Assembly (NCBI GenBank): GCA_964016885.1
Contig: OZ024742.1
Span: 228,222,001-228,286,000, forward strand
Direction: 5' to 3'
Length of the DNA stretch: 64,000 nucleotides
DNA from: Eledone cirrhosa
Taxonomy: Eukaryota
A model generated the notes under the pieces. That model worked only from the letters and a program-made list of their open reading frames with translations, made no database searches and had not been told where the DNA came from. The position numbers and the translations under genes are program-made. Positions 25,020 through 44,897 of this stretch are shown piece after piece (positions within the stretch are counted from its first letter, which is position 1; every line of letters begins with the position of its first letter).

Positions 25020-25478
25020 CACACCCATTCAATGCGTCTCACCACCACCACAATCTTAACAAACACACAGGCACAGAAAACAGGTAATGACAGTAGCACA
25101 GAAATAAGGGAAGGTAATAGGACTGAAAGAAGAAGGGAGACTATGGACAGAGAAAATAACCAAGACGAACACACAGACACACAAAATAGAGTAGATAATA
25201 ACAATGAGCCAGAGGAAAGAGACAGGAGTAATAATGAGAGACATAGAAACAACCATGAGGCTGTTGGTGGAAATAGAAATAGAAACAACACAACTAACAA
25301 TAACAATAGCACTAGTACACATAAAGCAGCAGCCTGGAACTCTACTTTTTATAATCCCTCCGATAAGTCGTTCGACCTGCGACGAGTCCACGCCACGACT
25401 TTAGCTTTTAACAAACGCACGAAATTGCCGTCGCAGGTCGATGAACAAACAGAAGCACAATTTAGTATAGCTAAATGA
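24254..25478 (+). pseudogene. Probable N-terminal (pre-RT) part of the PLE ORF with an Asn/Thr-rich insert
   Basis: Open for about 400 codons and enclosed by the pseudo-LTRs. Motifs KKLKWL, EIEKSFTKLRW and FYNPSDKSFDLRRVHATTLAFNKRTKLP resemble PLE pre-RT regions from memory. Codons 24117-24253 of the listed ORF are only the antisense of the other arm. Confidence 0.65.
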
Positions 25479-25668
25479 AAACACACACGCACATAGAACA
25501 AACAACCAACCAGTAACATGTAAATAAACAAATAAATAAACGAATATAAACACACACAGACACCCAGATGTGGCGCATGCGCAGACTGAGCACACAACAC
25601 ACACACAGAAACAAGATGGCGTAGGACAGAACAAAGGAGAGGCACAAAAACAAAGAAAAGAATCCTCA

Positions 25669-25711
25669 GTCACTGAAGAGGTCACAGAATGTGTGACGAA
25701 AGAACTTTGAC
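25669..25711 (+). ncRNA. Minimal hammerhead motif in the right pseudo-LTR
   Basis: GTCA-CTGAAGA-G-GTCACA-GAATG-TGTGAC-GAAA-GAAC-TT-TGAC. Confidence 0.8.
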
Positions 25712-25904
25712 AATATATAAACAACCATCTGGTTGTGGAACCAACCAACCAACCGGAAATTTATAAATTTATTATAATAAATTGAAGTGAAAGCAACTGG
25801 TGCGTGTGTTTCTTATTGGCAACATGACCCTCCCAAAGTATAACAATATCGGTTTCAACACACGTTTTCAGATAAAAAATTTTGCTAAACAAATTCAGAA
25901 ACGA

Positions 25905-26019
<115 letters not shown>

Positions 26020-26032
26020 ATATATATAATAT

Positions 26033-26153
<121 letters not shown>

Positions 26154-26217
26154 GTTATGTAATAAACAACATAAGGCAATTATTCCATTTACCAGTGGTT
26201 TCTTAAAAGCAAAAAAT

Positions 26218-26283
<66 letters not shown>

Positions 26284-26798
26284 TGAAAAGATAACAAGGA
26301 CGATTGGTTACTCCTTCGTTACATTTATTGGTTGGTGACGCGCGTTTGGCCACTGATCAGCTCAAGGTTCGATCTGTATCGATCTTACCCGACTCTGTAA
26401 TCCACAGCTCGACGGACCCCTTAAATTGCTAGTAGAAAATGAATACATATTATATGACAAAGTCAGAAGTTCATATGTTGGTCAATAAGGATTGTTTTGA
26501 TTGGTGGAATAGATCATAGGGATGTTTTCACCTGTAGTGTATGTGGGGGTGGATGTGATGGTAAGATGGCGGTGACGGTCAAAGGCTGAGAAGGGCTGTG
26601 TTGTGTGTGTGTGTGTGTGTGGGTGGGTGGGGGGGGTTTCGGTAGCCAGATTGGCGTATATTTGTGGCTGATTATTGTGTGGTGTGGGTGTGGTGGATGT
26701 GTCGGTGGAGTCAAATACAATGAGGAGATACATACCTAGACACTTAGTCTGACAAAGACGTTGTATACATACACATTTGTATAGATACACACTCAGAG

Positions 26799-26843
<45 letters not shown>

Positions 26844-27029
26844 TATACGTGCGTGTACATATAGAGAATTTGGAGTGTCAGTGGGGATGGCGTAGTACAT
26901 AGATAGAGGGCGGGGGAGAGCCAATGGAGATGGCGTTGTACATATAAATATACTTACACATAGACACACTTGCGTTGTTTAGGGAGGGAAGATATGTGTT
27001 GGCGATGTTAATGATTGTTGATGTATGGA

Positions 27030-28368
27030 GATGTTGCCCACGGGAACTCCTGTATGCAGATGATCTTACACAGAATTAGAGAAGAAATTCCAAAGTTGGA
27101 AGCATGGCCGAAAAGCAAAGGGTCTTAAAGTCAATCTAACAAAGACTAAGGTCCTAGTAAGTAGAAGGGAAAACAGAGCCTTGATTGCCTTGGGGAAATG
27201 GCCTTGCAGAGTGTGTAGGAAAGGTGAAGGTAGAAATTCCATCCTCTGTCCCAAATGCAAGCTATGGGTACACAAGAGATGTAGTGGTATCTCAGGTAGT
27301 TTAGCTAAGAATATAGGCTTTTCATGTAGTCATTACCATGGAGCAGTAAGCAGCAAACGATCACAGGAAACATGTGCTATCAAATTATGGGAACCATTTG
27401 GTAGAAGCAGTAGACAGCTTCTGCCTGGATGATCAAATTAGTAGTGGAGGTGGGTGTCTCGAAACTACAGTAGCAAGAGTGAGAATGGAATGGAAGCGGT
27501 TCAGGGAGTGACTACCACTGCTAGATACAAAAGGTTTTTCCCTCAAAATGAAAGTCAGATTGTATGATGCATGTATATGAACAGCAATGTTGCCTGGTAG
27601 TGAGATCTGGGCGGTGTGTAGAGAACTTGCGAAGATTGGAAAGAAATGAAGCTTCCATGCTTCGATGGATGTGTAATAGTAACATATGTGAATAGCAAAG
27701 CATAAACGAACTGAGAGATTAACTAGGCAAAAGAGGAATCAGATGCAGTGTGCAGGAGAGGATGTTGGTTTGGTATGTACATGTGATGCGTATGAAGGAT
27801 TACAGCAGTATAAATAAGGTGCAGAGTGCTGAAAGTTGATGGAAGCCATGAAGCGGGAAGATTTTGGGAGGAAGTGATAAAAGCTGACGTTACTCAACTG
27901 CACAGGACTGAGATCTCTGGCATTATGCAGTAATACAGAAGACCCATGGGCACAGGCTGAAGCATACATATAGAATGCAACACCTTCATTTCCACCCACC
28001 TCCTTTCATAAATCTTCCATGAGCACAGACTGAAGCATATATCTGGTATGCACCTCCTTTATCCCTCGCTTCCATACACCTCCCACGTCCTAACACTCCA
28101 CTCTCCATACATGCCCATATACCCACCTGCCCACACACACTTCCCACCGAAGTCCCCAGACCACACTGCAAAGTGATCGTGTATGTGACACGACAGCAAA
28201 GCGTCAAGCCCAGACTGCAAAGTGGTCGTGTAGGTGTCACGACGAAAAACACCCAGTACTGACTGTAAACGTGTTTAACGTTAGGAAGGGCATCCAGCTG
28301 AAGAAACCAAGCCAAAATCAGTTCTGTATGAGCAACATGGTCTCCAGACGTTAAACGGTGATGATGAT
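27030..28368 (+). mobile_element. Degenerate RTE LINE 3' part
   Basis: CPRELLYADDL, KWPCRVCRKG...WVHKRC, RTE 3' UTR and (GAT)n tail. Confidence 0.85.
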
Positions 28369-28394
28369 TACACATATAGATACATATACCGATA

Positions 28395-28518
28395 CACGAT
28401 CGTGCACCAACATTCAACTATGCATTTTAAATACATGCCATGCTTCACTGACATTTCATAACTACGCATGATCAACCGGATATGGACTTCATTATGCCGC
28501 GTTCATTGATAAAATATA
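28395..28518 (+). promoter_or_regulatory. Second copy of the conserved non-coding block at 7880
   Basis: Aligns with 7880-8005 and runs directly into the N gap. Confidence 0.35.
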
Positions 28519-28718
28519 NNNNNNNNNNNNNNNNNNNNNNNNNNNNNNNNNNNNNNNNNNNNNNNNNNNNNNNNNNNNNNNNNNNNNNNNNNNNNNNNNN
28601 NNNNNNNNNNNNNNNNNNNNNNNNNNNNNNNNNNNNNNNNNNNNNNNNNNNNNNNNNNNNNNNNNNNNNNNNNNNNNNNNNNNNNNNNNNNNNNNNNNNN
28701 NNNNNNNNNNNNNNNNNN
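28519..28718. other. Assembly gap (200 N)
   Basis: Run of N. Confidence 1.
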
Positions 28719-29060
28719 CCTTTCCACCCCCACCCCTCCCTAAATATAATATATTTTTTCCTCGCACATATCCTCCCTTCGTTAATTTTCAAAATTTTTA
28801 ATTTATACAGTATCTTCCAACGGTTTTCAACCCCTCTCTATATATAAAATATATCTCCTCTCTGTTATAAAAACTATCTCTTTCTCTCTATCACCCATCT
28901 CTCCCTCTCATCTCCTTCCCTTTTCATCCTTTTCTCTCCCCCCTCTCTAAATAAAATATTTTTCCCAATATCATACATCAATCTAAAACCACTTTTCATA
29001 TGTTGATTTAAAACTGCACTATCAACAAGTGTTTTTTTAGCCTTCATATCATGTTCTCCT

Positions 29061-29129
29061 GTTTTATCTGATGAAAACACAAATATTATTATTTGATGAT
29101 GTTTGTTTTTGAAATGCGCATAATAAAAT
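29061..29129 (+). ncRNA. Type I hammerhead motif, possibly an assembly duplicate of 35012
   Basis: GTTTTAT-CTGATGA-AAACACAAATATT...GATGTTTGTTTTT-GAAA-TGCGCA-TA-ATAAAAT. Confidence 0.8.
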
Positions 29130-29160
29130 ATATTGAACTCCTTTAACCATCTTTTGATCT

Positions 29161-33724
<4,564 letters not shown>

Positions 33725-33849
33725 GTAGGAGGTGAGTTTTATTGTAGTACAATAAAGCAATGCAGATATCGGATAAGAAGCACTCTACAGTTTGTGGGAC
33801 TGGAGTATGCATAATATAAGATCAAAAGATGGTTAAAGGAGTTCAATAT

Positions 33850-33917
33850 ATTTTATTATGCGCATTTCAAAACAAACATCATCAAATAATAATATTTGTG
33901 TTTTCATCAGATAAAAC
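33850..33917 (-). ncRNA. Type I hammerhead motif (left arm)
   Basis: Reverse complement of the 35012 motif; 7-bp stem I and palindromic TGCGCA in stem III. Confidence 0.82.
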
Positions 33918-35011
33918 AGGAGAACATGATATGAAGGCTAAAAAACACTTGTTGATAGTGCAGTTTTAAATCAACATATGAAAAGTGGTTTTAGATTGAT
34001 GTATGATATTGGGAAAAATATTTTATTTAGAGAGGGGGGGAGAGAAAAGGATGAAAAGGGAAGGAGATGAGAGGGAGAGATGGGTGATAGAGAGAAAGAG
34101 ATAGTTTTTATAACAGAGAGGAGATATATTTTATATATAGAGAGGGTTGAAAACCGTTGGAAGATACTGTATAAATTAAAAATTTTGAAAATTAACGAAG
34201 GGAGGATATGTGCGAGGAAAAAATATATTATATTTAGGGAGGGGTGGGGGTGGAAAGGATGAAAAAAAGGGGAGGAGATGAGAGTGAAGGTGGAAAGGGA
34301 GAGATGGGTGATAGAGAGAAAGAGATAGTTTTTATAACTGAGAAAAAGATATAATGTTTTAATATAGAGAGGTTGGGAACCGTTGGAAGATAATGTATAA
34401 ATTAAAGGAATTGAAAATTAACGAAGGGAATTTTTTTCTCTCTATCGTTATTTTTTTCTCTCTATCGTTATTTTTTTCTCTCTATCTCCATACATAATTT
34501 CCCTTCGTTAATTTTCAAATTCCTTTAATTTATACATTATCTTCCAACGGTTCCCAACCTCTCTATATTAAAACATTATATCTTTTTCTCAGTTATAAAA
34601 ACTATCTCTTTCTCTCTATCACCCATCTCTCCCTTTCACCTTCACTCTCATCTCCTCCCCTTTTTTTCATCCTTTCCACCCCCACCCCTCCCTAAATATA
34701 ATATATTTTTTCCTCGCACATATCCTCCCTTCGTTAATTTTCAAAATTTTTAATTTATACAGTATCTTCCAACGGTTTTCAACCCCTCTCTATATATAAA
34801 ATATATCTCCTCTCTGTTATAAAAACTATCTCTTTCTCTCTATCACCCATCTCTCCCTCTCATCTCCTTCCCTTTTCATCCTTTTCTCTCCCCCCTCTCT
34901 AAATAAAATATTTTTCCCAATATCATACATCAATCTAAAACCACTTTTCATATGTTGATTTAAAACTGCACTATCAACAAGTGTTTTTTAGCCTTCATAT
35001 CATGTTCTCCT

Positions 35012-35080
35012 GTTTTATCTGATGAAAACACAAATATTATTATTTGATGATGTTTGTTTTTGAAATGCGCATAATAAAAT
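35012..35080 (+). ncRNA. Type I hammerhead motif (right arm)
   Basis: GTTTTAT-CTGATGA-stem II-GAAA-TGCGCA-TA-ATAAAAT; AUA triplet. Confidence 0.82.
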
Positions 35081-35111
35081 ATATTGAACTCCTTTAACCA
35101 TCTTTTGATCT

Positions 35112-38076
<2,965 letters not shown>

Positions 38077-38235
38077 ATATTGTTATACTTTGGGAGGGTC
38101 ATGTTGCCAATAAGAAACACACGCACCAGTTGCTTTCACTTCAATTTAATTTAATATATATTTATAAATTTACAAATTTATAAATTTCTGGTTGGTTGGT
38201 TGGTTCCACAACCAGATAGTTGTTTATATATATAT

Positions 38236-38280
38236 AGTCATAGTTCTTTCGTCACACACTCTGTGACCTCTTCAGTGACT
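38236..38280 (-). ncRNA. Minimal hammerhead motif
   Basis: Minus strand reads AGTCA-CTGAAGA-G-GTCACA-GAGTG-TGTGAC-GAAA-GAAC-TA-TGACT. Confidence 0.82.
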
Positions 38281-38406
38281 GGGGATTTCTTTCTTCGTTT
38301 CTGTGCCTTTCCTTTCTTCTATCCTACGCCATTTTGTTTGTGTGTCACAAACAAAATGGCGTAGGATAGAAGAAAGAAAGGCACGGAAACGAAGAAAGAA
38401 ATCCCC

Positions 38407-38451
38407 AGTCACTGAAGAGGTCACAGAGTGTGTGACGAAAGAACTATGACT
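38407..38451 (+). ncRNA. Minimal hammerhead motif
   Basis: AGTCA-CTGAAGA-G-GTCACA-GAGTG-TGTGAC-GAAA-GAAC-TA-TGACT; CUA triplet. Confidence 0.82.
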
Positions 38452-38672
38452 ATATATATATAAACAACTATCTGGTTGTGGAACCAACCAACCAACCAGA
38501 AATTTATAAATTTGTAAATTTATAAATATATATTAAATTAAATTGAAGTGAAAGCAACTGGTGCGTGTGTTTCTTATTGGCAACATGACCCTCCCAAAGT
38601 ATAACAATATCGGTTTCAACACACGATTTCAGATAAAGAATCTTGCTAAACAAATTCAGAAACGAAATATAG

Positions 38673-38732
<60 letters not shown>

Positions 38733-39037
38733 TATATATATATATATATATAGTATATATATATATATATATAGTATATATATATATATATATATAGTAT
38801 ATATATATATATATATATAGTATATATATATATATATATATAGTATATATATATATATATATATAGTATATATATATATATATATATAGTATATATATAT
38901 ATATATATATATAGTATATATATATATATATATATAGTATATATATATATTATATATATATATAGTATATATATATATATATAGTATATATATATATATA
39001 TAGTATATATATATACATATAGTATATATATATATAG

Positions 39038-40268
<1,231 letters not shown>

Positions 40269-40281
40269 ACATATATATATA

Positions 40282-40333
<52 letters not shown>

Positions 40334-40334
<1 letters not shown>

Positions 40335-42163
40335 AGGTAATACTAGAGGGGGCCATACCAAAAGATTGGTGCAGTAGCATCATTGTCAACTGCTAAAAAG
40401 GTTAAGGCGATGCACTAGATAGAGGAAACTATAGAGGTATAAAGTTGATGGAACAGGTCATGAAAGTAACAGAAAGAGTTATAGCACAGCTGATTAGGGA
40501 CCGGGTGAATATAGACGAGATGCAATTTGGGTTTGTACCAGGGAAAGGCACCACTGATGCCCTCTTCCTTGTGAGGCAATTACAGGAAAAGTACCTAGCT
40601 AAAAGTAAGCCACTCTACTTGGCATTTGTCGACCTTGAGAAAGCCTTTGACAGAGTTCCACGTGCAGTAATCTGGTGGGCTCTTAGAAAACTAGGAGTAG
40701 ATGAATGGCTTGTGAAAACGGTACAAGCCATGTATAGGGGAGCAGTCAGCAAAGTTAGGATTGGCAATGAGTATAGCGAGGAATTTAGCGTACAGGTTGG
40801 GGTCCACCAGGGCTCTGTTCTTAGCCCTCTCCTGTTCATCATAGTCCTGCAGGCAATAACGGAGGAGTTTAAGACCGGATGCCCATGGGAACTCCTGTAT
40901 GCTGATGACCTCGCACTCATAGCTGAATCTATGGTAGAACTAGAGAATAAATTCCAAACCTGGAAGCAGGGACTAGAGAGAAAGGGCCTCAAAGTCAACA
41001 TGACAAAGACTAAGGTCCTTGTAAGTAGACGAGAAAACAGAACCCAGATCCCCTCAGGGAAATGGCCTTGCTCAGTATGTAGGAAAGGTGTAGGTAGGAA
41101 CTCCATTCTCTGCCCCAAATGCAAACAATGGGTACACAAGAGATGTAGCGGGATCTCAGGAAGCTTAATTAAGAATGTAGGATTCACATGCAGCAGCTGT
41201 GCTGAAACAGCAAGCAAACAGCCACAGGAAACAAGTACCACCAATCTCTGGGAGGGCCCTGTAGAAACAGTAGACAGCTTCTGCTACCTAGGTGACCGAA
41301 TTAGCAACGGAGGTGGGTGCTCAGAAAGTACAATAACTAGGGTAAGAACGGGATGGAAGAAGTTTAGGGAACTACTACCACTGCTAGCTGCAAAAGTCTT
41401 CTCCCTCAGAATGAAAGGCAGACTGTATGATGCGTGTATCCGAACAGCGATGTTACATGGTAGTGAGACCTGGGCGCTGAAGGTGGAAGACTTACGTAGA
41501 TTAGAGAGAAACGAAGCCTGCATGCTCCGATGGATGTGTAACAGTAATATACGTGAACGACAAAGCATAAAGGAATTGAGAGAGAGACTGAGCATAAGAG
41601 GAATCAAATGCTGCGTGCAGGAGAGGCGGTTACGCTGGTATGGACATGTGATGCGTATGAAGGATGACAGCTGCATAAAAAGGTGCAGAGCACTAGAAGT
41701 TGATGGAAACCGCGGAGTGGAGAGACCCAAGATGACTTGGGATGAGGTGATAAAAGCCGACCTTACCCAACTACACCTCTCAAAGTCAATGACACACGAC
41801 CGTGACTTCTGGCGTCACGCAGTAATACAGGGTACCCGACCTCCCATGGGTACATGCTGAAGCATATAAACAATATGCCCCCCCCCCCCCCACCGCAAGG
41901 TGGCCGTGGAGGTGCCACGGCAAAAAAGCACCCAGCCCACACTGTAAAGTGGACGTGTAGGCGCCACGAAAAAGCACCCAGCACTCACTGTAAATGAGGT
42001 TGGTGTTAGGAAGGGCATCCAGCTGTAGAAATCAAGCCAGATCAGTTCCTGTATGAGCAAGGCATGGTCAGCCGACCAGACACTGCCCACAACAGGACAA
42101 CCCGTCTAACCCATGCTAGCGTGGAAGAACGGACGTAAAACGGTGATGATGATGATGATGATA
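40334..42163 (+). mobile_element. Young 5'-truncated RTE LINE with an open RT frame (40445-41860)
   Basis: FVDLEKAFDRVP, GVHQGSVLSPLLF, WELLYADDL, a C4HC3 finger, 3' UTR and (GAT)n tail. Confidence 0.95.
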
Positions 42164-42335
42164 TAGTATATATATATATATATATATATAGTATATATAT
42201 ATATATATATATAGTATATATATATATATATATATAGTATATATATATATATATATATAGTATATATATATATATATATATAGTATATATATATATATAT
42301 ATATAGTACATATATATATATATATATATAGTGTA

Positions 42336-42847
42336 CTAGCATTAAAGCCCGGCGTTGCTCGGGGTCATTAAGTTACCAAAGTTAGGTTGCACCACCCATT
42401 TTATGGCAGCACCTTTTTGTCTGCCAGGCACTGGGTGAATGAATTGCAGACCTGGAAGCATGAGCTGCGCCAGCAGTGACAATTGTAGTTTCGCCTATGG
42501 ATATTATCTCTGTGAAAAAAAGTGTTGAAATTTATTGTTTCACAGTACTTGCGCAACACGCGCGTAGACGATGCCAGCCGAACAACAGAGCTGTGATGGA
42601 GTTGTTCTGCATGGTTGTCTGTGTGTTTTCTAAATTTAAGACAGTAGGGAGGGTTGTGATATGAGGGAGAGTTAGCTGTTGTTTCTAGCAGGTTTAGTGA
42701 CCTCATAGAGGATATGTGTTTTCTAAATTTAAGACAGTAGGGAGTGGTGTGATATGGGGGAGAGTTAGCTGCTGTTTCTAGCAGGTTTAGTGACCTCATA
42801 GAAGATATGTATTCTAAATTTAAGACAGTAGGAAGGGGTGTGATATG

Positions 42848-42850
<3 letters not shown>
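42336..42850 (-). mobile_element. Helitron 3' end with ~95 bp tandem repeats
   Basis: Minus strand ends CCCGAGCAACGCCGGG...CTAG|T, like the end at 58099-58126. About 2.5 repeat units at 42620-42850. Confidence 0.7.
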
Positions 42851-42890
<40 letters not shown>

Positions 42891-42931
42891 GTGTACATGT
42901 ATATATATATATAGCGTATATATATATAGTG

Positions 42932-42974
<43 letters not shown>

Positions 42975-43013
42975 TATATGTATATATATATAGTGTATAT
43001 GTATATATATATA

Positions 43014-43785
43014 AAAGGCTTCTCCCTCAGAATGAAAGGCAGACTGTATGATGCGTGTATCTGAACAGCAATGTTGCATGGTAGTGAGACCTGGGCGCTG
43101 AAGGTGGAAGACTTACGTAGATTAGAGAGAAACGAAGCCTGTATGCTCCGATGGATGTGTAACAGTAATATACGTGAACGACAAAGCATAAATGAATTGA
43201 GAGAGAGACTGAGCATAAGAGGAATCAAATGCTGTGTGCAGGAGAGGCGGTTGCGCTGGTATGGGCATGTGATGCGTATGAAGGATGACAGCTGCATAAA
43301 AACGTGCAGAGCACTAGAAGTTGATGGAAACCGCGGAATGGGGAGACCCAAGATGACCTGGGATGAGGTGATAAAAGCCGACCTGAACCAATTAGACCTC
43401 TCCAAGGCGATGACACACGACAGTGACCTCTGGCGTCACGCAGTAATACAGAGTACCCGACCTCCCATGGGTACAAGCTGAAGCATATAGACAATATGCC
43501 CCCACACCCTCCCACTGCAAGGTGGTCGTGGAGGTGCCACGGCAAAAAAGCACCCAGCCCACACTGTAAAGTGGACGTGTAGGCGCCACGAAAAAGCACC
43601 CAGCACTCACTGTAAATGAGGTTGGTGTTAGGAAGGCCATCCAGCTGTAGAAATCAAGCCAAATCAGTTCCTGTATGAGCAAGGCATGGTCAGCCGACCA
43701 GACACTGCCCACAACAGGACAACCCGTCTAACCCATGCTAGCGTGGAAGAACGGACGTAAAACGGTGATGATGAAGATGATGATA
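43014..43785 (+). mobile_element. 5'-truncated RTE LINE
   Basis: Close relative of the 40334 copy; (GAT)n tail; flanked by (TA)n. Confidence 0.92.
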
Positions 43786-43804
43786 TATATATATATAGTG
43801 TATA

Positions 43805-43838
<34 letters not shown>

Positions 43839-44048
43839 GTGTATATGTATATATATATATAGTGTATATGTATATATATATATTGTATATGTATATATAT
43901 GTATATGTATATATATATGTATATATATATATATATATAGTAATAATAATAAAATTGAAGACTCAAATCCAAAGAGGGCTCGATAATGAAAATATATATC
44001 AAATATATAAGAACCGTAGAGCAAATATTTATTAAAATAACAGATTAA

Positions 44049-44099
44049 AGTTTAAGCAAAGAATCGCTGCTTTCACCCTTAACGGGATCTTCTGAAACT
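44049..44099 (-). ncRNA. Degenerate hammerhead motif, in element ~43950-44383
   Basis: Minus strand reads AGTTT-CAGAAGA-TCCC-GTTAA-GGGT-GAAA-GCAG-CGATTCT-TTGC-TT-AAACT. Stems I and III pair, but the core has CAGA instead of CUGA. Confidence 0.5.
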
Positions 44100-44432
44100 A
44101 ACAAAGTCAATCTGTAAACGCAGAACTGGATATTTCAAAAAACGTTGCAACCGGAGGAAGACAGGAAGACGATACTTTGGTTCGTGGTAACGTTCGCTGG
44201 CAAAGAACGGGAAAAAACGAATAAAACGTCATTAATAGGAGCGGTGAAAAACAATTACGCGCAAAGACAAAACCACGTTTATGGTATAAAAGAGGTCGTA
44301 GACTAATGTTCTCTTAGGTGGTGCATAGAGATGTTCTCTGGCAATGAACGAAAAAACGAAGATAATAAGTCATATGTGGAGCGATATATATATATATATA
44401 TATATAGTGTATATGTATATATATATATAGTG

Positions 44433-44475
<43 letters not shown>

Positions 44476-44515
44476 TGTATATGTATATATATATATATAT
44501 ATAGTGTGTATATGT

Positions 44516-44858
44516 CATTTTCATTTCATTTCATTTTACGTCCGCTTCTCCCTGCTTGCAAGGGTGGGACGGGAACTGATTTTTGGCTTGATTTCTACAG
44601 CTGGATGCCCTTCCTAACACCAACCTCATTTACAGTGAGTGCTGGGTGCTTTTTTGCCGTGGCACCTGCACGACCACTTTGCAGTGGAATGATATGGACC
44701 CCAGTCTCTATCATCTCATTTCTACAGCTGAGTAAACTGGAGCAATGTGGAATAAAGTGTCTTGCTCAAGGAAACAACACATCACCCGGTCTGAGAATTG
44801 AACTCACAACCTTTTGATTGCAAGGCCAATGCTCTAACCACTAAGCCATGTGCCTCCA
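44516..44858 (-). mobile_element. Full-length composite SINE: tRNA head, CORE-like domain, RTE-derived middle and tail
   Basis: A-box TGGCTTAGTGG, B-box GAGTTCAATTC, then CCTTGAGCAAGACACTTT...CTCAGCTGTAGAAATGAG, then RTE UTR matches and a (TGAAA)n tail. Confidence 0.85.
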
Positions 44859-44897
44859 TGTATATATATATATATATAGTGTATATATACATATATA

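Larger units (their letters stand above)
33725..35118. mobile_element. Non-coding palindromic element: ~620 bp arms, a hammerhead in each arm, ~85 bp one-sided tail
   Basis: 33811-34432 is the reverse complement of 34496-35118. The spacer is a short tandem repeat. The tail 33725-33810 is on the left only. Confidence 0.85.
38077..38669. mobile_element. Palindromic solo pseudo-LTR pair related to the PLE at 23207
   Basis: Arms 38077-38342 and 38346-38610 are near-perfect reverse complements. The right arm has a ~58 bp tail matching 25850-25908. Confidence 0.9.

Noticed and set aside
24548-25391. Hydrophobic Leu/Val-rich minus-strand ORFs resembling membrane proteins
   Set aside because: They are antisense shadows of the (AAC)-rich PLE region.
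26283-26480. Possible hammerhead on the minus strand (CTGATCA...CAAACGCGCGTC)
   Set aside because: It resembles a PLE GAAACGCGCGTC end, but both core strands are mutated and no consistent stems I and II were found.
28472-28847. ORFs spanning X runs
   Set aside because: They are artefacts of the N gap.
44780-44858. tRNA gene
   Set aside because: A and B boxes are present, but the sequence continues into a SINE body; it is a SINE head.
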